Notes under the pieces: model-generated
Told to the model about the DNA's origin: nothing
Databases searched by the model: none
Seen by the model: the letters and a program-made list of their open reading frames with translations, nothing else
Source: an uncultured Gammaproteobacteria bacterium
GTDB lineage: Bacteria; Pseudomonadota; Gammaproteobacteria; UBA9214
Direction: 5' to 3'
NCBI GenBank assembly: GCA_963748215.1
Contig: CAVVHS010000006.1
Coordinates: 64,001 to 128,000, forward strand
DNA: 64,000 nt
Position numbers and translations under genes: made by a program
Part shown: positions 57,788 through 64,000 of the stretch, piece after piece
Position numbering within the stretch: position 1 is the stretch's first letter
How the letters are laid out: each line of letters begins with the position of its first letter

Positions 57788-58147
57788 ATGTTCGAGAAAA
57801 AATACCAAAGCCCGCTGCCACTGCGGCTGTTTGCACTGCGCATGGCGTCGTTTTCCGGACTGGCGTTCCTGTTCATTGTCCTGTCCCTGGGTATTGGCGT
57901 CCTGGGCTATCACTACATCGCCGGTTTTTCTGTGATTGATTCCATACTGAACGCCTCCATGATCCTGACGGGTATGGGGCCGGTCGGAGAACTGCCGACA
58001 ACAGATGCCAAGTTGTTTGCCTCGGCGTACGCACTCTTCAGCGGTCTTGTGTTTGTCATCTTCATGGGTATTCTGCTTACTCCGATTTTGCACCGGATAT
58101 TGCACAAATTTCATTTCGATGAAACCCGCACGACAACCAAACCATAG
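57788..58147 (+). CDS. Small K+-channel-like membrane protein
   Basis: TM / pore helix (IDSILNASMILTGMGP) / TM. Confidence 0.7.
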   Translation: MFEKKYQSPLPLRLFALRMASFSGLAFLFIVLSLGIGVLGYHYIAGFSVIDSILNASMILTGMGPVGELPTTDAKLFASAYALFSGLVFVIFMGILLTPILHRILHKFHFDETRTTTKP

Positions 58148-58209
58148 CCTGGTTGTATTGCCGGTCCTGATGTCCGGCACATCAGCAGCCCTCAGCTGAA
58201 AAAGCAGTA

Positions 58210-58791
58210 ATGCGCAACGAGAGAGAAGTCGACATCAGCGACAGGGTCCGACGGGTCCTGTCACGGGCCTGCTCCAGGACATCGCTCACCTACCTGGTGG
58301 TCGGACTGCTGCTGGTTGCTGCCATCATTACCGGCGGCCACGAAATCGAAAGGCATTTCCATGCGATCGAGGTATGGATCACGCAGCTGGGCCCGTGGGG
58401 TGTGCTCGCATTCATCGGGCTGTTTGCCCTGGCAACGTCGTTGCTGTTGCCCGACACAGTGCTCTGTATCGTTGCCGGCGCGCTGTTCGGCCTGGGTTGG
58501 GGTATCGTCGCGGTCCTTGTCGGCAGTGTTCTGGCCGGTATGATCCAGTTTGCGCTCGCCCGCAAGCTCCTGCGGGCGCGGATCCAGCGAAGTCTTGCCA
58601 AGAGACCCTCGCTGGCTGCAATCCAGCGCGCCATCAGCCATGACGAGTTTCGCCTGCAGTTACTGGTGCGCCTGACGCCGTTGAATCCGGCCACCGTCAG
58701 TTATGTACTGGGCGCTGCCGGCGTCCGATTTCCCGGGTTTTTATTTGCCCTGCTGGCGCTCACGCCCAATCTGCATCCCTGGCCTTGTTGA
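58210..58791 (+). pseudogene. TVP38/DedA (VTT) membrane protein, C-terminally truncated
   Basis: LGPWG...AGALFG...LLVRLTPLNP..VSYVLG; ends abruptly where an opposite-strand fragment begins. Confidence 0.6.
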
Positions 58792-59056
58792 ACAGCTTTC
58801 TTGTGCTGCTTTTCGCGTTATCGAACAACTCCTCGATTTTGCTTTTGCCGGTAATCGCAGTCCGGAGCACCTCGATATGTTTTGTGGCCGCCTGGTAGTT
58901 GTCTTTATCACCGTAAAAATAGCCCGGCCGGTCAGCCGTTTCGATCTGCTCGGAGGCATAGGCAAGCGCTCGCAAGGCGGTATCCTTGTCCGTTTCCTGG
59001 GATTCCTCTGCTGCCAGGATGGCACCCTGCGCCAGTACCACAGGCAATGGTGTCAC
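58760..59056 (-). pseudogene. Possible YfdX-like C-terminal fragment
   Basis: PLPVVLAQGAILAA...ALRALAYASEQIETA..PGY; no signal peptide or N-terminus. Confidence 0.4.
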
Positions 59057-59077
59057 ATGCGCCTTGCGCTATGAGAT

Positions 59078-59380
59078 GCAGGGTGTGTTATACGCACCGC
59101 AAATAGTGCGCGGAGTGCACCCTACAACTACTCGTTAAGGCACCCAGCATTCGATTTTTCCGTGTCTTTCCGTGTGCTTCCGTGGCCATTTATCTTTTCA
59201 CGGCTCACGCCCCACCTCAGCTGCAGGAGGCACCCCGGGCGCCGTTCCCGGTGCGTAAAACGCACCCTACGTACCGCGGCTGATTAATTTTTCCGTGTTC
59301 TTCCGTGGATTCCATGGCCATGATCCAGCGCACCTGAAATTCACGTCTCACGCTGCGTAAAAGGTGCAGCCCCCTTTATA
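59078..59380. repeat. Mosaic intergenic repeat cluster (REP-like pairs and TTCCGTG arrays)
   Basis: GGTGCGTAAAACGCACCCTAC (59250) and relatives; TTTTTCCGTG-x-TTCCGTG-x-TTCC(G/A)TGGCCA at 59155 and 59288. Confidence 0.7.
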
Positions 59381-59397
59381 CACGCGCGACGGTCCCC

Positions 59398-61305
59398 TCA
59401 ACCTGCCTGCTTGCGCAAGTCAGGGTAGAGGGGAGGCGCACCGGCAGCTTGCGGTTCGGGAGACGGTCGTGTCGCGGGCCTCAGCAGTCCCTCATCAAAG
59501 GCTTTCCATAGTGTTTGACCGTTCCAGCCTTGCCCGTTTGCACCGTACAGCGCGGCCTCCAGGGCGCGAATGTGTTCACCTCCCTGCGCGACGCGTCCAG
59601 CCAGTGCGCCCAGGCTGCGCGGCGGCCGATCCGGCCACGTGGCGGCGGCCCAGTCCAGCAGGGCGGCTGCTGCAGATTGCGGGTCGGACCTGGTGCAGGC
59701 ATCGCGCAGGGACTGACGGCTGTGCGCCAGGGCTTCTTTGTCGGTCGTGCGGGTCGGTTGCGGCGTATCGGTGACACTGTCCGGCGCGGACGGCTGTGGT
59801 TTCCGCTGCCTGCGCATGCGCGCGAACGCGGCTGCCAGTAACAGCGCAACTCCCAGTGCGCCACCCATTTGCCAGTACCGGCGATGGTCTGTGACGGTGC
59901 CCGCGGTGGTGGCGGGGGCGGGAGGTGGTGTCACGGTCGCGCTGGCGTTGTCTGGCTGCGCGGCCGCACTGGCTGGCACTGTGGCCGGGCCGCTCGCAGC
60001 AGTTGCCGAAGCGGTGCTGCCGGTGCCGGTCTCGACCATGACGTCCCAGGCGGGCAGTTCGCTGCTTTGCTGCCTGTTATTGATGCTGTCCCACCAGCTG
60101 ACCTGGACGGCGGGGAAGTGGAGCTTGCCCGGTTGCGAGGGGACATAGGTGAAGCGCTGTTCGCTGCGCCCGTAGACCCAGTCGCCGTCGGTGCGGTTGC
60201 TCAATTCGGGCTGTTCGGGGTAGGCCCGCAGTGTGTCGGATCCTTCCATTTGAATACTCGGCAGCTGGGAGGCCTCCAGACCCTTGGCCTCGAGCGTCAG
60301 GGTCCGGGTGACGGGTTCGCCCGCGCGAAACACCGGCGGGGCGCTGGCCCAGCTGTCCTGCAGGACCAGATTCTGCGTGGGCAGCCAGTGGGTGCCGTCA
60401 TAACCGTCGGGACGCGGCTTGATGTCGAGCGTGAGCGAGTTGCTCGCCAGGCGTACCCGTTTGCCGGGGTCGCCAAATGGCGTGCCCGCGAAAAACCGGT
60501 CATTGAAGCCACTCCGGCCCAGCATCTGCTCGATCATGCTGTCCATACGGCCAAAAGATGAACGCTGGCCCGTCTCTGATACCGCCCGTCCGCTGAACAC
60601 GGTCGGTGCAATGGTCAGCTGGCCGCTGTGTTCCGGAAAGATCGCATAACGGCGTTCCACGACCTGGTAACTCTGTCCATCGATGGTCGTGTTGTATTGC
60701 CTGTCTTCGCCCAGTTGTTCGACTACGGCATTCTCCGGTTTCGGATCGGTAAAACTGCCCTCGATCAGCGGGACACGGTAGTAAAGACGGGTGGTGTAGA
60801 GAATCTGCTGTTGCACCCAGGTGTCGCCCTGGGACGGACTGATCTCGGAACGAATGAAGACAGGCTGACCTGCCTGTGCTGTCGCGGCTGCCGGCTGCTC
60901 ACTGACCTGGAGTGTCAGTGCGGATGTTTTGCTGTTGCCGACGTTCAGCGCCGGTATCGTACGGGTGCCACTGGCAAGCGGCGCCAGTTCGACCAGCCAT
61001 TCGTGTTTGTCAGAGCGCTGGCCGTTGATAATCCGGATCTGGCTGCTGCTGCTGGTACCCAGCACCTCGAAGTCTTTCTGCAGCGGCGTCAGGTCGGGCT
61101 GTTTGCCTTCATCGTCCCCGGTCGTGGCGATACGCAGGGTGACGGTGTCGCCCGTGTAGATGGCATCACGATCCAGGGTGGCTGTGACCGCTGCATTGAG
61201 CAGCCCGGGCATGATCAACAGCAGGGAAAATACTGCCAAAAGGGATCGCAAGCGGCGAACCGGTCCCTGCTGATATGAATGCCGTGTTTGTGCTGTAGCG
61301 TTCAT
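59398..61305 (-). CDS. batD: BatD family protein
   Basis: ATLDR...FEVLGTSSSSQIRIINGQ, ERRYAIFPEHSG, GEPVTRTL, WWDS. Confidence 0.88.
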   Translation of the reverse strand: MNATAQTRHSYQQGPVRRLRSLLAVFSLLLIMPGLLNAAVTATLDRDAIYTGDTVTLRIATTGDDEGKQPDLTPLQKDFEVLGTSSSSQIRIINGQRSDKHEWLVELAPLASGTRTIPALNVGNSKTSALTLQVSEQPAAATAQAGQPVFIRSEISPSQGDTWVQQQILYTTRLYYRVPLIEGSFTDPKPENAVVEQLGEDRQYNTTIDGQSYQVVERRYAIFPEHSGQLTIAPTVFSGRAVSETGQRSSFGRMDSMIEQMLGRSGFNDRFFAGTPFGDPGKRVRLASNSLTLDIKPRPDGYDGTHWLPTQNLVLQDSWASAPPVFRAGEPVTRTLTLEAKGLEASQLPSIQMEGSDTLRAYPEQPELSNRTDGDWVYGRSEQRFTYVPSQPGKLHFPAVQVSWWDSINNRQQSSELPAWDVMVETGTGSTASATAASGPATVPASAAAQPDNASATVTPPPAPATTAGTVTDHRRYWQMGGALGVALLLAAAFARMRRQRKPQPSAPDSVTDTPQPTRTTDKEALAHSRQSLRDACTRSDPQSAAAALLDWAAATWPDRPPRSLGALAGRVAQGGEHIRALEAALYGANGQGWNGQTLWKAFDEGLLRPATRPSPEPQAAGAPPLYPDLRKQAG

Positions 61306-61329
61306 GCTGTTGACTCCTGTATTGAATAG

Positions 61330-63243
61330 TTACCAGTCCTGCTGCGCCGGGTCCTGTTGTGTGCCGCGCTGGCTGTACTGGTAGAGAAACTTTCTGCGTA
61401 ACAGTCCACCGGGATCGTCCGGGATGCGCCGCAGCCAGCGCTCGTCGGCCTGTTGCTGTTCGGCGTCGGCGGTATTCAATGGCTCAGCTGCGGCTGGTGA
61501 ACCGGTCTGTTGCTGTTGTGCCTGTTCGGTCTCGCGCGCCTGGGCGGATTGTCCTTCAGCGCCGTCCTGCCTTTCGGACTGTGCCTGGGCTTCATCCTGC
61601 TGCTGATTGTCCTGGTCCTGGTTGTCGCCGCCAGACGGGTTGCCGGCCTGCTGCTGATTGTCCTGGTCCTGGTTGTCGCCGCCAGACGGGTTGCCGGCCT
61701 GCTGCTGTTTGTCCTGGTTCTGGTTGTCGCCGCCAGACGGGTTGCCGGCCTGCTGCGGGTTGTCCTGGTCGTCGCCGCCAGACGGGTCACCGGCCTGCTG
61801 CTGTTTGTCCTGGTCCTGGTTGTCGCCGCTATTCTGCTTGTCAGCCTGTTGTTGCTGTTGCTGTTGCTGTTGCTGTTTCAGCAGCTTTTCCAGTTCCTGC
61901 CTGTTGTGGCTGGCATCGGCCAGGGTCGGGTTTTTGGCCAGCGCCTCGTCATAAGCGTCGATCGCGTCCTGGTAACGTCCCAGCTGTGCCAGCGCGTTGC
62001 CGCGATTGTAGTCACCTTGTGCAGTATCACTGGCAGCAAAGGACTTGAGTGCGTCTGCATAATCGCCAGCCCGGTAAGCGGCTTCGCCGCGGCGCAGGGG
62101 TTGCTCGGCCAGTTGCCGGGCGCGCTCGGCATCACCGGCCTTCAGTGCCTGGTCAGCCTGCTGATCGTGACGCAGCCACAGGTCATCCCAACCGGAGGCC
62201 ATGGCCGGTTGTGGCAGGTTACCGAGCGTGACCGCTATCAACAGCGGCAGCACCATCAACCAGCCACGGCGAAAGGCCAGTGCGGCCAGCGGCAACAGTG
62301 CCAGTACCAGCCACGGGCCTTCCGAGCGCCACAGGTCGGTGGCCTGTTCCGTGCCTTGCGGGCGTGAATCCAGGGCCTGTGACGACGCAGGTAGAACCTG
62401 GGCCAGGTCGGCATCATTGACGGTAATGGTGGTGTAGCGGCCACCGCCAGCGCTGGCCAGCTGCCGCAATTTCGCGACATCCAGCGCCGGCATTACAACC
62501 TGACCCTGACTATCGCGAACGAAGTTGCCCTGCTGGTCCGGTATCGGTGCGGGCCTGTCACTGCCCACGCCCAGTACCGAGAGGCGGTAACCCTGATGCA
62601 GCAAATCGGCAGCGGCATCCTGAGTGTGCGGGTCAGTATAGTCATCGGCAATCAGCAGAATATCACCCCGGTTCAGACCGGCTTGCTTGAGGAGTTCGCC
62701 GGCCTGGAGAATGCCCAGATCGGCTCGGCCGCCCTGGACCGGCATCAGGTTGGGGTTGAGCGGCGCGAGCAGGGACTGGATGGTGCGTGCATCATTGGTC
62801 AGTGGTGACACGGTGAAGGCGTCGCCTGCATAGACCACCAGCCCGGTTTGACCTTCCTTGCGCTGCTTCAGAATTTCCGCCACCTTGAAACGCGCGCGCT
62901 CCAGCCGCGAGGGCGTGAGATCGCTGCTCAGCATCGAGCGTGACAGATCCAGCACGACCACGACGGCATCCTGGCTGCGATAGACGGGTTGCGGTTGCTT
63001 CTGCCAGACCGGATCGGCTAGCGCGACCACGGCCATCAGCCAGCCAGCCGCGAGCAACCACAGGGGCAGATGACTGAGCGCCTGTACCGGTTTGTCGAGC
63101 AGATAGGGCAGGAGGTGGCGTTCGCAGGCCTGTTGCCAGTCGCTGCCAGCCGTGCCGGCGCGCGGCAGCCACCACAACAGCAGCGCCATGGGCAGCAGTG
63201 CCAGGAACCAGAGCGGTTGCAGGAAGTGAAACTGTTCAGGCAT
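61330..63243 (-). CDS. VWA + TPR protein (BatB/BatC fusion type)
   Basis: FHFLQPLW, DLSRSM..DLTPSRL, YNRGNALA TPR, WLRRIPDDPGGLLRRKF. Confidence 0.9.
   Translation of the reverse strand: MPEQFHFLQPLWFLALLPMALLLWWLPRAGTAGSDWQQACERHLLPYLLDKPVQALSHLPLWLLAAGWLMAVVALADPVWQKQPQPVYRSQDAVVVVLDLSRSMLSSDLTPSRLERARFKVAEILKQRKEGQTGLVVYAGDAFTVSPLTNDARTIQSLLAPLNPNLMPVQGGRADLGILQAGELLKQAGLNRGDILLIADDYTDPHTQDAAADLLHQGYRLSVLGVGSDRPAPIPDQQGNFVRDSQGQVVMPALDVAKLRQLASAGGGRYTTITVNDADLAQVLPASSQALDSRPQGTEQATDLWRSEGPWLVLALLPLAALAFRRGWLMVLPLLIAVTLGNLPQPAMASGWDDLWLRHDQQADQALKAGDAERARQLAEQPLRRGEAAYRAGDYADALKSFAASDTAQGDYNRGNALAQLGRYQDAIDAYDEALAKNPTLADASHNRQELEKLLKQQQQQQQQQQADKQNSGDNQDQDKQQQAGDPSGGDDQDNPQQAGNPSGGDNQNQDKQQQAGNPSGGDNQDQDNQQQAGNPSGGDNQDQDNQQQDEAQAQSERQDGAEGQSAQARETEQAQQQQTGSPAAAEPLNTADAEQQQADERWLRRIPDDPGGLLRRKFLYQYSQRGTQQDPAQQDW
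61596..61880. repeat. ~51-bp coding tandem repeat plus poly-Gln
   Basis: QQQAGNPSGGDNQDQDN-type unit about four times; CAG/CAA run. Confidence 0.85.
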
Positions 63244-64000
63244 GGTGAACCTCGCGTGCGGGGAGACCTTGCAGCCCGGGTACATGCGTCAGTGCAATCA
63301 GCAAGACGATGAACATGGCAAAACCCAGTGGCCAGCGATAAAGCTCGGCAACCGGACGGAAGGTCTGCTGGTCTTCGCTGACCGGTTCGATGCTGTCGAG
63401 CAGGTGATAGATCTGTTGCAGTTCCTTGACGTCGCGCGCCCGGAAATAACGGCCGCCGGTCGCTTCGGCGACGGCCTTGAGCGTGCCTTCATCCAGTTCC
63501 GTGTTGGCGACACGCTGCCTGCCGAAAATACCCTGGACCACCATCTGGTCGGCACCCATGCCGATAGTGTAGATGCGGACCTGTTCACGGCTGGCGAGTT
63601 CTGCCGCCTTGAGGGGCGCGACTTCGCCGGCGGTGTTGTCGCCGTCGGTCAGCAGTACCAGTACGCGGTTTTCCTGCGGTTGATCGCGCAGACGCTTGAC
63701 CGCCAGGCCGATGGCATCACCGATGGCAGTGCGCTTGCCGGCCAGGCCGATGGCGGCTTCGTCGAGCTGCGTGCGGACGGTTTCCCTGTCGAAGGTCAGC
63801 GGGGTCTGCAGGTAGGCCTGATCGCCGAACAGAATCAGTCCCAGACGGTCACCCTTGCGATGATCGATGAAGTCACCGGCAACGGCCTTTACGGCGGTGA
63901 GTCGGGATACAACATGGCCACTGATAGTCATGTCCTCGGCTTCCATGCTGCCGGAAATATCCACGGCCAGCATCAGGTCCCGGCCGCTGACCGGAAGCTG
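63236..64000 (-). CDS. batA: BatA-type VWA protein, 5' end beyond window
   Basis: GRDLMLAVDISGSM, GDRLGLILFG, TAIGDAIGLA, LLTDG, TGGRYFRA. Confidence 0.9.
   Translation of the reverse strand, partial: QLPVSGRDLMLAVDISGSMEAEDMTISGHVVSRLTAVKAVAGDFIDHRKGDRLGLILFGDQAYLQTPLTFDRETVRTQLDEAAIGLAGKRTAIGDAIGLAVKRLRDQPQENRVLVLLTDGDNTAGEVAPLKAAELASREQVRIYTIGMGADQMVVQGIFGRQRVANTELDEGTLKAVAEATGGRYFRARDVKELQQIYHLLDSIEPVSEDQQTFRPVAELYRWPLGFAMFIVLLIALTHVPGLQGLPAREVHHA

Overview
GC-rich (roughly 60%) gammaproteobacterial-type chromosomal segment. (1) 1-9.9 kb holds the most notable locus: a leftward, apparently sigma54-driven operon of a small secreted protein, a secreted 450-aa protein built from 113 Met-x-Gly triplets with aromatic spacers, a pentaheme cytochrome c and a Tat-exported DmsA-like molybdoenzyme with an atypical C-x3-C-x3-H Fe-S motif (runs off the left edge). 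Beside it are a repeat-containing secreted protein and a divergent diheme-c sensor kinase/NtrC-type regulator pair. (2) 9.9-26 kb is an accessory, decaying zone with a tRNA-Pro 3' fragment carrying a four-hairpin insert, many gene remnants (higB-like, trxB-like, glgX, trkH, mgtA, arsR), REP-like repeats and a MITE, among intact stress/envelope genes. (3) 26-49 kb holds fghA, ppa and a Moco/W-cofactor plus formate dehydrogenase cluster (moaACDE, moaB, mobAB, moeA, fdhD, fdhABC, tupABC) extended by a DsrMK/HmcEF-like pair; a second MITE sits in the last codons of mobB. (4) 49.6-57.4 kb holds frameshifted L,D-transpeptidase and VPLPA-CTERM genes, a Slam-like barrel with probable cargo, and a LapG-like protease coupled to a degenerate HD-GYP protein. 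(5) 59.4-64 kb is the batABD operon (partial). All calls come from reading and translating the sequence by eye; no database searches were run.
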